Shown: positions 1-8,832, counted from the stretch's first letter. The stretch is 64,000 nucleotides of DNA from Eubacteriales bacterium (GCA_045659405.1 JAZOWX010000043.1:1789-65788); one strand, 5' to 3'. Program-made: numbers and translations. Notes: generated by a model from the sequence alone, not told the origin.

Positions 1-22
1 AGAAATTTAGGAGGACAGCAGA

Positions 23-244
23 ATGCTTGATAAACTTACAGCCATCATCAGAGAATATATGGACGATAACAGTATTGAGATAACTGAAAACACAATTCTT
101 ATTGCCGATTTAGGACTCAGCTCCTTTGACCTCGTTCAGCTTGCGTCCATCGTAGAGGACGAGTTTGATGTAGAGATTCCCGACAGAATGATTAAGACTT
201 TTAAGACTGTAGGTGACGTTATTTCATTTCTTGATAAGCAATGA
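23..244 (+). CDS. Acyl carrier protein (73 aa)
   Basis: AGGAGG RBS at 9-14. Small acidic protein with the phosphopantetheine-attachment motif DLGLSSFDLVQL. Its stop overlaps the next start (ATGA at 241-244). Confidence 0.85.
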   Translation: MLDKLTAIIREYMDDNSIEITENTILIADLGLSSFDLVQLASIVEDEFDVEIPDRMIKTFKTVGDVISFLDKQ

Positions 245-843
245 AGTTTTATCAATACAACATTCGAGATTTAAGCGATGAGAGCTACACACACTACTAT
301 TCACTGATGAGCGAAAAAAAGAAACAACGAGTTAACCGTTTCCGCTTTGAAAACGATAAAAAGCGAACGGTTGTCGGAGAGATGCTCGCTCGTGGAGCAA
401 TCTCTGAATGGTGCGGTACATCAGAGGAAAGCATTGTTTTTGAAATAGCGGAACACGGTAAACCTTATGCAAAAGACTTAAACGTAGAGTTCAATATCAG
501 CCACTCAGCAGATATGGTCGTTTGCGTTGTGGATACTCAGTCTGTCGGAGTTGACATTGAAAAAATTCGTCCTGTCGATCTTAACACGGCAAAACGGATT
601 TTTAATGATGAAGAGGTACATTATATTTTTGAATGTATCCCCGATACAGAAGATTATAATGACCACACAAACGATGCTGTTTTGCAGAGATTCTTTGAGC
701 TTTGGACAAAGAAAGAAGCATACGGAAAGTTAATCGGCACAGGGTTATTTACAGAAATGGATGCAATCGATGCAACTGTTACCTTTAAAACTTGGATAGA
801 AAACGATTATTGCATCTCTATTGCTGCTTCACTGAACATGTGA
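241..843 (+). CDS. Sfp-type 4'-phosphopantetheinyl transferase
   Basis: Motifs GKPY, FNISHS, GVDIE and WTKKEAYGK are typical of the PPTase superfamily. Translationally coupled to the ACP gene. Confidence 0.85.
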   Translation: MKFYQYNIRDLSDESYTHYYSLMSEKKKQRVNRFRFENDKKRTVVGEMLARGAISEWCGTSEESIVFEIAEHGKPYAKDLNVEFNISHSADMVVCVVDTQSVGVDIEKIRPVDLNTAKRIFNDEEVHYIFECIPDTEDYNDHTNDAVLQRFFELWTKKEAYGKLIGTGLFTEMDAIDATVTFKTWIENDYCISIAASLNM

Positions 844-955
844 TTTTAGGCGTTGTCTTTGTAACAAATGCCTATTTCAACATAAATATGCAATTGTATA
901 GTTGATTTTTCTCTCAAAAAACTTTTAAAAAATAAAAATTCTCTTTCAAAAGTTG

Positions 956-983
956 TTGACAGAATTTTTTAATGTGTTATAAT
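956..983 (+). promoter_or_regulatory. Near-consensus sigma-A promoter (TTGACA, 16-nt spacer, TGtTATAAT) with no ORF downstream
   Basis: TTGACA at 956-961 and extended -10 TGTTATAAT at 975-983. Followed by a small hairpin (992-1010) and a GC hairpin with a T-rich tail (1013-1050). Confidence 0.6.
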
Positions 984-1270
984 ATAGCCACCGTACCGCA
1001 GATGCGTACCAAGAAGCGAGGAGTTGACAGACTCCTCGCTTTTCGCATTTGTAGGTGCGTTGGGGTATATACATGCTCAAACCTGCCTGCTCTTCTCCCC
1101 CAAGGAAAATTGAGAGCAAGCCTCCTGGTGCGGAAGATGTCGCTCATTAAGAAAACGATTAATAATCGTTTTTAGAGCGAAGACCGAAGACTGTGGATGA
1201 GGTCTGTCCAGTCGCCCCCGGGGTAGGAAAAAGAAAAAGTAAGAGTTAAACTTTAACTTAACCCTTACCC

Positions 1271-1286
1271 TGGTGCGGGCGACGGG
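1271..1286 (-). repeat. Copy of the 3'-terminal 16 nt of tRNA-Leu (CCCGTCGCCCGCACCA)
   Basis: Exact match to 1702-1717. On the minus strand it is followed by a hairpin (1239-1268) and a T-run. Confidence 0.8.
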
Positions 1287-1535
1287 TAAGCGAGGGAAAA
1301 ACAGTTGATAACTGTTTTTCGTGACGCGCCCGAAGAAAATAAGGAGATAAGCGAGTGGAGGGAATCGACACGAAGATTAGCGACTATATTTTCGAGCCGT
1401 CGGAGAACCCTTCAAGTCCCAAGTTGCCCCCCGATAGTTTAAAGGCTATCGAGGGGCAACTATTCCCGCACACAAAAAAAGTGCAAAAACGAAACAAAAG
1501 TCTAAACCAAGCTAAAAGCTTGATTTAGACCTTTT

Positions 1536-1555
1536 TGGTGCGGGCGACGGGACTT
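1536..1555 (-). repeat. Copy of the 3'-terminal 20 nt of tRNA-Leu (AAGTCCCGTCGCCCGCACCA)
   Basis: Exact match to 1702-1721. On the minus strand it is followed directly by a hairpin (1500-1530) and TTTTGTTTCGTTTTT. Confidence 0.85.
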
Positions 1556-1701
1556 CCGCCCGTGGCGGCCTTAGCCGACAAACACTCCACCGGACTGTTT
1601 GGTCCTTCGCACAAATTGCTGACGCAATTTTCTCCCTATTTCAAGCCCCACCGCCCTTATAAACAAAACAAGCACAACCACAAGAGTTGTGCTCATTTTG
1701 T

Positions 1702-1788
1702 TGGTGCGGGCGACGGGACTTGAACCCACACAGCCTAACGGCCATAAGAACCTGAATCTTACGCGTCTGCCAATTCCGCCACGCCCGC
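1702..1788 (-). tRNA. tRNA-Leu (anticodon CAG), class II with long variable arm, encoded CCA
   Basis: The reverse complement folds by hand: acceptor GCGGGCG/CGCCCGC, anticodon stem TAAGA/TCTTA with loop TTCAGGT, T-loop TTCAAGT, and 3' ACCA. Terminator hairpin at 1672-1692 downstream. Confidence 0.9.
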
Positions 1789-1873
1789 AAATATAAATTA
1801 TGCAAAATGCAAAATTATTTTGTTGATGATTTTGTATCGTTTTTGCGAACTTAACTTGTCAAAAAATGCAAAT

Positions 1874-2404
1874 TTACTTACTTTTTCTCTTGTTTAAGAA
1901 ATTCTGCGCCTCGATTTTTGTGCTTATAAAATCGAGAAACTCATCAGGCGTACCGAGGGTAAATCTTGCTTTATCCACTATATAAGCCTGATTTTGAGCA
2001 ACGTACAAATAAATGTTTCTTTTTGTTTCCTCTACCTTTTTAATAGCCGTGTAATTAAGCTGCGACTGCTCCTTGCCACTCGGCATTGTAGCGTCTATTT
2101 TGTACATATCACTATAAAATTCAAAGTGTATCTCTGCGTTAAATGCAGGAGATTTTTTCATAGTTATACGAGGAAGACCGAAGCATAAAAACGAGTATAG
2201 CACGTCTATAAGAAGCACACCGCCAAAAGCCCAAGTGAGCGTAAAGTCATAGCCCAAAAGAGTAAACTGCAAAATAAATCCGACGGTGACGATAACCGTA
2301 GCAGCCGCCATCAATATCCATGCCCATTTCTTCTTCAGCACGGTGTAATCTGAAAAACGCAAAAGACAATCGTAGCTGTACGTAGTATCAGCAGAGTATC
2401 TCAT
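1874..2404 (-). CDS. YcxB-like membrane protein (two TM helices plus C-terminal YcxB-type domain)
   Basis: Start moved to the ATG at 2404, which is preceded by AAGGAGG. Central hydrophobic pair WAWILMAAATVIVTVGFIL / AFGGVLLIDVLYSFLCF. The C-terminal segment NIYLYVAQNQAYIVDKARF resembles the YcxB family. Confidence 0.6.
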   Translation of the reverse strand: MRYSADTTYSYDCLLRFSDYTVLKKKWAWILMAAATVIVTVGFILQFTLLGYDFTLTWAFGGVLLIDVLYSFLCFGLPRITMKKSPAFNAEIHFEFYSDMYKIDATMPSGKEQSQLNYTAIKKVEETKRNIYLYVAQNQAYIVDKARFTLGTPDEFLDFISTKIEAQNFLNKRKSK

Positions 2405-2515
2405 TTCAGAAACCTCCTTTGCGCATTTCGCAATTAGTATCATAACATAAACAACAGCTTTTGTCAACACCCTTTTTGTTCGATTGACTATAAAACTTGT
2501 TGGTCGGCTTTCAGC

Positions 2516-3409
2516 TTACTTTTGCATAAGTATATCGTAAAAAGGCGTAGCTTTAGCTGTTTTCCAGAAAATCTCCGAATATTCGACGGGTTTGTCTTTT
2601 TTCGGCTTTCGCTCGCCCGCAAAATGCACTATTTTCGGGGAGCTTTCACTTGCGAGATATTCGCTGTAAAGATGCTCGGGCAAATTTTTCATCAGCGTGT
2701 TGCCGAAAAGATAATTCCAAGCCCCCTCGAGGATATGAATTCTGCCCTGACAGAGGACGTTAAGTACGTCCTGGTCGTGCTGACGCCAATCCCTCGAGGC
2801 CGAAAAGCTCATAAGAGTATCTTTGCTGTATTTTTCGGAAAACGGCTTTACGTTGAATATCAAAATTCCCGAAATTATATAGCTGTCGATATCCGAAAGC
2901 CCCAACACGTCACGACGGTATGAAAGACGCTCGTCACCCTCTGTGTAGCAGTGGGCAATTCCCGCATAATCACGGCAGGAGGCTATGAGCGAATCGGATA
3001 TGTCTATATCGTAAAGCGCCGCCACGTCGGTGAGCGCAAGCATATCTCCGTCAAGGTAAATTACTCGCTCGTACTCGGGCATAAGAGTTGGTATCAGAAG
3101 ACGGAAATATACCTCTTTTGAATAAGGACTCTTCGTGTATACGCTTCCTGTAAAGAACTTGAAATCTCTGACGTATTCGGATACGTCAAAAAAGCGTATC
3201 TTTACGTTTTCGTGTCCATTTGCAAGAGAGAGGACGGCTTCCTTGTATTCCTTTTTCATTTCCGAATACAGTATGTTTATGTCGTAGCTTCTGTCCTTGC
3301 TCGAATGGTCGATTATGGACTGTATCATAACTGCGGTGTAGGGAATGAAATCCGAGTTTGCTGAAAAGCATATCGGTATCCCGCCATCCTTAAATGCCTT
3401 GTTAATCAT
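2516..3409 (-). CDS. Glycosyltransferase family 8 (LPS/glycogenin-like retaining GT)
   Basis: N-terminal IPICFSANSDFIPYTAVMIQSI, DxD motif YLDGDM, and overall GT8 layout. Confidence 0.8.
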   Translation of the reverse strand: MINKAFKDGGIPICFSANSDFIPYTAVMIQSIIDHSSKDRSYDINILYSEMKKEYKEAVLSLANGHENVKIRFFDVSEYVRDFKFFTGSVYTKSPYSKEVYFRLLIPTLMPEYERVIYLDGDMLALTDVAALYDIDISDSLIASCRDYAGIAHCYTEGDERLSYRRDVLGLSDIDSYIISGILIFNVKPFSEKYSKDTLMSFSASRDWRQHDQDVLNVLCQGRIHILEGAWNYLFGNTLMKNLPEHLYSEYLASESSPKIVHFAGERKPKKDKPVEYSEIFWKTAKATPFYDILMQK

Positions 3410-3411
3410 TT

Positions 3412-3510
3412 TTACTCCGTTGTAGTTACAAGCTGCTCGGGTGTGTATTTGCCGTCCGAAAAGGTTGAATGCAGGTGACAGTTTGCGTACGTTACCGTAA
3501 TTTGTGGCAT
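3412..3510 (-). pseudogene. 32-codon remnant of a PHP-domain protein N-terminus
   Basis: Translates to MPQITVTYANCHLHSTFSDGKYTPEQLVTTTE. The HxH..SDG..P(E)EL motif matches the PHP N-terminus (compare ANLHCHSTESDGNLSPKEL in the 26873-27883 ORF). Its stop lies 2 nt before the GT8 start. Confidence 0.4.
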
Positions 3511-3610
3511 CCTCTCGGTTCCAATAATGGCCTTTTTAAAAAATTATACCCCAGATCATGAAATTTGTCAAGAAAACCCTCTAAAAAAACAATAAAATAA
3601 TATAAAAGGG

Positions 3611-3639
3611 TTGACTTTTCGGGCGAAATGTTCTACAAT
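3611..3639 (+). promoter_or_regulatory. Sigma-A promoter of the 3718-10847 operon
   Basis: TTGACT (3611-3616), 17-nt spacer, TACAAT (3634-3639). Confidence 0.6.
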
Positions 3640-3717
3640 GGTTTCGGTAGTAAATTACTATATATTTGATAATGTAATTAATTTTATTTGCCGCTATGGC
3701 GGTGGATTGGAGATTGT

Positions 3718-4485
3718 ATGGAATTTAAAAAAGACAAGCTTGTTGTAAAGGTTTATCCTACCCGTGATGAAATGGGATATGCTGCTGCGTGCGATGCTGC
3801 CGCTGCCATTAAGGAGTGCCTTGCGGAGAAAGAGGAAATCAATATGATTTTCGCCGCCGCTCCCTCGCAGAATGATATGCTGCATCATCTTTGCGAAAGA
3901 ACTGATATCGAGTGGAATCGCATAAACGCTTTCCATATGGACGAGTACATAGGACTTGATCCCAACGCACCGCAGTGCTTCGCAAACTTCCTTAAGGATG
4001 CGATTTTCAATAAAAAGCCCTTCAAGTCGATCAACTGCATCAACGCAGGCGCAACCGATCCTGACGAGGAGTGCGCAAGATACGGTAAGCTCCTCAAGGA
4101 CTATCCCGTAGACATCGTTCTTATGGGTATCGGCGAAAACGGACATATCGCATTTAACGATCCGCCCGTTGCCAACTTCAATGATAAAGAGCCGGTTAAA
4201 CCCGTTAAGCTTGACGAGGTTTGCCGTCAGCAGCAGGTAAATGACGGATGCTTCAAGACTATTGACGACGTTCCGAAGTATGCGATGACCGTAACTATCC
4301 CCGGTCTTCTTGCTGCTAAATATAATTTCTGCGTTGTTCCCGCTGCTACAAAGGCAAACGCTGTTAAAAACACCGTTTACGGTGAGATTGGCGAGTGGTG
4401 TCCCGCAACCTCGCTTCGTAACAAGGATAACGCAATCCTTTACTGCGATAGCGACAGCGCTAAATACCTTAAGGAGGAAGCATAA
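3718..4485 (+). CDS. Glucosamine/galactosamine-6-phosphate deaminase-isomerase family protein (NagB-like)
   Basis: Signature MGIGENGHIAFNDP. Start moved to the ATG at 3718 (MEFKKDK). Confidence 0.8.
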   Translation: MEFKKDKLVVKVYPTRDEMGYAAACDAAAAIKECLAEKEEINMIFAAAPSQNDMLHHLCERTDIEWNRINAFHMDEYIGLDPNAPQCFANFLKDAIFNKKPFKSINCINAGATDPDEECARYGKLLKDYPVDIVLMGIGENGHIAFNDPPVANFNDKEPVKPVKLDEVCRQQQVNDGCFKTIDDVPKYAMTVTIPGLLAAKYNFCVVPAATKANAVKNTVYGEIGEWCPATSLRNKDNAILYCDSDSAKYLKEEA

Positions 4486-5346
4486 ATGAGACTTGGCGTT
4501 ATAACCGATGAGGTAACCCAGGATTTTCGTGAGGCTCTTGAATTCGCAAAGGAATTTGGACTTGACTGCGTTGAGCTTCGCTCTACCTGGGAAAAAGGTC
4601 CTTTCGACTATACAAAAGAGGATATCGAGAAGATAAAGGCGCTTTCCGATGAGTACGGTATTCCCGTAGCCGCTATATCCTCTCCCTTCTTCAAGTGTGA
4701 TTACAGCGAAGAAAACATAAAGATACAGAACGAGAAGTTTGCAAAGCTCGTTGAGTATGCAAAGATTCTCGGCGCTACAAAAATCCGTTGCTTCGACTTC
4801 TTCAAGAATCCCGCTGTTACAAGGGATATGATAGTTGAGGCATACAAGGAGGCTTACGCACTTTGCGAGGCGGCAGGTATTACTATCGCTATCGAGTCCG
4901 AGCCTTCCACAAACACCGGCTGCTGCGCTGATGCCGCAGAGCTTGTAAACAAGATGAACAAGCCCTACTTCAAGGCTCTTTACGATCCCGGTAACAACAT
5001 CTATTGCACAGATGAAATTCCTTACCCCGACGGCTTTAACAAAATCCGTGATATCTTCTGCCACGTGCACGTTAAGGATGCTATAAAAGCACCCGAGTCT
5101 GCCGAGGGAGCTATCGGTGTTGCTGTCGGAGAGGGACAGGTTGATTATAAGGGACTGTTCCGTGAGCTTAAGGCTATGGGCTATGACGGTGACGTTATGC
5201 TCGAAACACACTACCGTCCCACAGGAGCTAAAAAGCTTACGGGCGCTACGCTCCTTAATCCTAAAGGAAGTGCAATTTCTGACGGTGGCTACGTAGCTTC
5301 GAGCGAGTGTATGCAGAATCTTAAGAACATCATCGCCTCGGTTTGA
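4486..5346 (+). CDS. Sugar phosphate isomerase/epimerase (xylose-isomerase-like TIM barrel)
   Basis: Length and pattern (LGLDCVELRS, KIRCFDFF, IAIESEP, VHVKD, MLETHY) are typical of the AP-endonuclease-2/TIM family. Its start abuts the previous stop. Confidence 0.75.
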   Translation: MRLGVITDEVTQDFREALEFAKEFGLDCVELRSTWEKGPFDYTKEDIEKIKALSDEYGIPVAAISSPFFKCDYSEENIKIQNEKFAKLVEYAKILGATKIRCFDFFKNPAVTRDMIVEAYKEAYALCEAAGITIAIESEPSTNTGCCADAAELVNKMNKPYFKALYDPGNNIYCTDEIPYPDGFNKIRDIFCHVHVKDAIKAPESAEGAIGVAVGEGQVDYKGLFRELKAMGYDGDVMLETHYRPTGAKKLTGATLLNPKGSAISDGGYVASSECMQNLKNIIASV

Positions 5347-5360
5347 TATAGAGGTGGCTT

Positions 5361-6527
5361 ATGGTTACAAAGATAAAGGGCGGAACCGTCGTAACCGACG
5401 GTAAGCAGTTTATATCCGACGTTTACTATGAGGACGGAAAGATAATTGCTGTAACAAGCGATAGTCTGAAGTTTGACGAGGAGATAGACGCTACCGGAAA
5501 GTATGTTTGCCCCGCTTTTGTGGATATTCATATTCACGGTGCGGCAGACAGTGACTTTCTTGATAATACGGAGGAAGCATTTCTCACGGTTTCAAAGGCT
5601 ACGGCAGAGCACGGTGCGGGAACAATAATCCCCACAATAACTTCTGCAAAAACCGACAGCACACTTTCTTGCCTTTCTACTTATGAAAGGGTTAAGAAGC
5701 TGGAGCTTCCCGGTGCTTGTATGCCCGGTGTGCATCTTGAAGGCCCGTATTTCTCGCCCAAACAGAGCGGAGCGCAGGACCCCAACAAAATCAGAGCCTT
5801 TGATAAGAATGAGTACGATACTATAATATCCTCGTGTAATTCTATACTTCGCTGGAGTGCCGCTCCCGAGCTTGCGGGCTATGAGGGATTTGCGAAGGCC
5901 TGCCGTGAAAACGGTATACTTGCCTGCATCGGACACAGCGATGCAAACGGCGAGGAGGTTAAGGCTGCGTTTGCCGAGGGCTTTACTCACGTAACTCATC
6001 TATACTCTTGCACAAGTATGGTACATAGAATAGGCGCTACAAGATATCTCGGAATAGTAGAGTGCGCTTATCTTCTTGATGATATGACGGTTGAGATTAT
6101 TGCGGACGGAGTTCATCTTCCCGCGGACCTTCTCAAGCTTATATACAAGCTCAAAGGTCCGAAGCGCATAGCTCTTATAACCGACTCTATGAGAGGTGCG
6201 GGAATGCCTGACGGTCCTTCTATGCTCGGTGAGCGAGTTGGCGGACTTGAGGTTGTTATAGAAAACGGCTGTGCTTATCTTCCTGACCGTTCCTGCTTTG
6301 CGGGAAGCGTTGCTTTCTGCGACAGACTCGTAAGAAATATGATAAACCTTGCAGACGTTCCGCTTGCGGACGCTGTGCTTATGGCTACAAAAACACCTGC
6401 TGAAATAATGGGACTTAAGACAAAGGGCTCGCTTTCGGTAGGCTATGACGCCGATGTAGTTATCTTCGAGGGTGACGTAAAAGTGCTTCGCACGATAGTC
6501 GGCGGAAAGACCGTTTATACGGCTTAA
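5361..6527 (+). CDS. nagA: N-acetylglucosamine-6-phosphate deacetylase family amidohydrolase
   Basis: FVDIHIHGA metal site, HLEGPY, GHSDA, THLYS, and DSMRGAGMPDG. Confidence 0.8.
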   Translation: MVTKIKGGTVVTDGKQFISDVYYEDGKIIAVTSDSLKFDEEIDATGKYVCPAFVDIHIHGAADSDFLDNTEEAFLTVSKATAEHGAGTIIPTITSAKTDSTLSCLSTYERVKKLELPGACMPGVHLEGPYFSPKQSGAQDPNKIRAFDKNEYDTIISSCNSILRWSAAPELAGYEGFAKACRENGILACIGHSDANGEEVKAAFAEGFTHVTHLYSCTSMVHRIGATRYLGIVECAYLLDDMTVEIIADGVHLPADLLKLIYKLKGPKRIALITDSMRGAGMPDGPSMLGERVGGLEVVIENGCAYLPDRSCFAGSVAFCDRLVRNMINLADVPLADAVLMATKTPAEIMGLKTKGSLSVGYDADVVIFEGDVKVLRTIVGGKTVYTA

Positions 6528-6581
6528 ACTAATTTTTGACATCAATAAAAATATTTTTTATAAACGAAAGGAATCATAACA

Positions 6582-7547
6582 ATGATTAAAATCGGAGCAG
6601 TAACAATTGATGTATCACATCCCAATGCCTTTTCGGGCGAGCTTATTGAAAACGATATGGACATGAGATATGTTGCAGTTTTCAACGACGGCTTCAGAAG
6701 CAAGGCAGAAGTTGAGAAGTTCGCACAGGACAGAGAACTTAAAATCTACGACAACATTGACGAGATGGTTGATGCTGTTGATATCGGTTTCGTTCACTGC
6801 TGCAACTGGGATAAGCACCTTGACTATGCCATGGCATTCATAAACAAGGGCAAGCCTGTGTTCATTGATAAGCCTATTGTAGGAAATACTGCAGACCTTG
6901 CAAAATATCAGGCGCTCGTTAAGGCGGGAGCAAAAATTCTCGGAACATCAGCTCTTCGTTATGCCTTCGAGGTTCAGGACATAAAGAAGGAGTTCGCTGA
7001 GAAGGGTATCAAGGCTCTTCACTCGGTTGTTACCGTTGGTCTTGACGACTACAACTACGCTATTCACGCAGTAGAGGAAATTTGCGGTATTCACTATCCC
7101 GCTCGTCCTGTTTCTACCCGTCACTTCGCTACAACGGTAGCAGAGGGACAGACAATCGAGCACTACTTCGTTAAATTTGACGATAACTCTACCGCAGAAT
7201 ACATTTGCGGCAGCCCCAGATTCGGCAAGTTCAATACTATCATTATCACAAGCGGCTCTCCTGCTTATGACAAGTGCTTCGTTATTAATACATCTAAGTT
7301 ATATCTTGCTATGCTTCAGCAGGTTGAGCTTGAGCTCAAGGGTGAGCCCAACATTCTTGCATCCTCCGACCGTACCGAAGAGGCTATCAGAATTATGCTT
7401 GCAGGTAAGGCTTCTCTTGAAAACGGTGATATAGAGGTTAAGGTTAACAGCGGCCTTCTTGATAATACCTACTTTGATGGCTATGCATTCGAAACAGGCT
7501 ATGCAAGAGCAGCAGGCTATGCTGACTACACTGCGGAGAGAAAATAA
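6582..7547 (+). CDS. Divergent Gfo/Idh/MocA-like protein lacking the GxGxxG dinucleotide loop
   Basis: N-terminus IKIGAVTIDVSHPNAF replaces the usual GxGxxG. An FIDKP motif sits where EKP normally occurs. Length of 321 aa fits the family. Confidence 0.5.
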   Translation: MIKIGAVTIDVSHPNAFSGELIENDMDMRYVAVFNDGFRSKAEVEKFAQDRELKIYDNIDEMVDAVDIGFVHCCNWDKHLDYAMAFINKGKPVFIDKPIVGNTADLAKYQALVKAGAKILGTSALRYAFEVQDIKKEFAEKGIKALHSVVTVGLDDYNYAIHAVEEICGIHYPARPVSTRHFATTVAEGQTIEHYFVKFDDNSTAEYICGSPRFGKFNTIIITSGSPAYDKCFVINTSKLYLAMLQQVELELKGEPNILASSDRTEEAIRIMLAGKASLENGDIEVKVNSGLLDNTYFDGYAFETGYARAAGYADYTAERK

Positions 7548-7550
7548 GAT

Positions 7551-8825
7551 ATGAAGATAACTAACGCATATTGTGCATACGAGCCTGAGAAATTCAAGCA
7601 CGCTTTCGGCTTCAAGGGAAGCACGCTTAGCGGTGTTTGGCAGACCGTTGTCGCTCTTAAATCGGGTGATGAGGTTGGTGTAGGACTCGGTATACAGAGC
7701 GTTCTGTGGTCTGACAGCAGCGTCTTTGCGGAGTTTGGTGAGCAGCGCGGAAACGAGCTTATGTTCGCTGTTACCGAATTTGCTGTAAAGGCTATTGCGG
7801 GCAAGGATTTTGATAAAGTTCCCGATATCGTTCACTCGATATTTGACGAATGCTACGCATACGCAAAGAAGATTGTCGGCAGAGATGACGTAACCGAAAC
7901 CTTCGTCCTTAACGCTCTCGTTCCTCTTGATATGGCTGCTTGGCAGCTCTATGCAAGACTTGGCGGAACGGATGATTTTGACGGCATATACAAAGGACAC
8001 GGCAAGGCTGAAAAGCTTGCGAACGTTCCGCTTATATCCTACGGTGTTCCTGCATCTGACGTTGAGCAGATGGCAAAGGACGGTGTATGTCTTTTCAAAA
8101 TCAAGATAGGCTCGGATCCTGCAGGTGACGGTGATCTTGATAAGATGCTCGCTTGGGATAAGGCTCGCGCTCTTGAAATACATAATGTTCTCAAGGACAT
8201 AAGAACTCCCTATACCGAAAGCGGAAAGGTAGTTTACTACTTTGATGCTAACGGAAGATACGACACAAAGGAAAGACTTTGTGAGCTTATCGACTTCTTT
8301 AAAAAGGAAGGAATTCTTCAGCAGACAATTCTCTTTGAAGAACCCTTTGCTCCGGATAATGAGATATACATCGGTGACCTCCCGGTTTGCTTTGCCGCAG
8401 ACGAGAGTGCGCACAGCTTGAAGGATGTACAGCGCCGCATAGAGCTTGGCTTCAAGGCAATAACCTTGAAACCTATTGCAAAAACTCCCAGCGTAACCGT
8501 TGAGATGGCGAACTGTGCAGACGCAGCAGGAGTTCAGTGCTTCTGCGCTGACCTTACTGTTAACCCGCTTATGGTTGAGTGGAACAAGAACTTTGCGGCA
8601 AGACTGAAGCCGCTTGCAGGTATGAAGATTGGTGTCGTTGAGTCAAACGGTGCTCAGAACTACTGCAATTGGGAAGCTATGAAGAGCTATGTTCCGAGAA
8701 AAACAACCGAGAGCGACGCTACCGTATACACCCTTGATAGCGAATTTTATACTGCAGGCGGCGGTCTTTTCGAAGTCCCCGAGCATTATCTTGGACTTAT
8801 AAAAGCCCAGAACCCTGATTTTTAA
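7551..8825 (+). CDS. Enolase-superfamily enzyme, MLE-subgroup-like (racemase/epimerase/dehydratase, specificity unknown)
   Basis: KxK motif FKIKIG. Metal ligands in YFDANGRY, LFEEPF and AADESAHS. A further Lys in ITLKPIAK. Confidence 0.7.
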   Translation: MKITNAYCAYEPEKFKHAFGFKGSTLSGVWQTVVALKSGDEVGVGLGIQSVLWSDSSVFAEFGEQRGNELMFAVTEFAVKAIAGKDFDKVPDIVHSIFDECYAYAKKIVGRDDVTETFVLNALVPLDMAAWQLYARLGGTDDFDGIYKGHGKAEKLANVPLISYGVPASDVEQMAKDGVCLFKIKIGSDPAGDGDLDKMLAWDKARALEIHNVLKDIRTPYTESGKVVYYFDANGRYDTKERLCELIDFFKKEGILQQTILFEEPFAPDNEIYIGDLPVCFAADESAHSLKDVQRRIELGFKAITLKPIAKTPSVTVEMANCADAAGVQCFCADLTVNPLMVEWNKNFAARLKPLAGMKIGVVESNGAQNYCNWEAMKSYVPRKTTESDATVYTLDSEFYTAGGGLFEVPEHYLGLIKAQNPDF

Positions 8826-8832
8826 GGGGGAC

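Noticed and set aside
990-1700. Assignment of the tRNA-adjacent noncoding block to a known large structured RNA such as ROOL or GOLLD
   Set aside because: The position next to a tRNA and the size are suggestive. However, I cannot recall or verify the consensus. The helices here are mostly perfect palindromes with A/T-run flanks, which is terminator-like, rather than irregular conserved helices. I left it as something to test with cmscan, not as a call.
972-1723. Track ORFs 972-1175 and 1535-1723 in the tRNA-Leu flank
   Set aside because: Neither has an RBS. They run through terminator-like hairpins and tRNA-derived repeats, and the second overlaps the tRNA gene itself.
3694-5211. 505-aa ORF on the minus strand, plus similar long antisense ORFs at 7299-8414, 9885-10883, 12426-13361, 23323-24528, 52865-54274 and 60999-62129
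   Set aside because: Each lies entirely antisense to a gene with clear family motifs. Their products are low-complexity and Cys/Leu/Val-rich with no recognisable motif. They are shadow ORFs.
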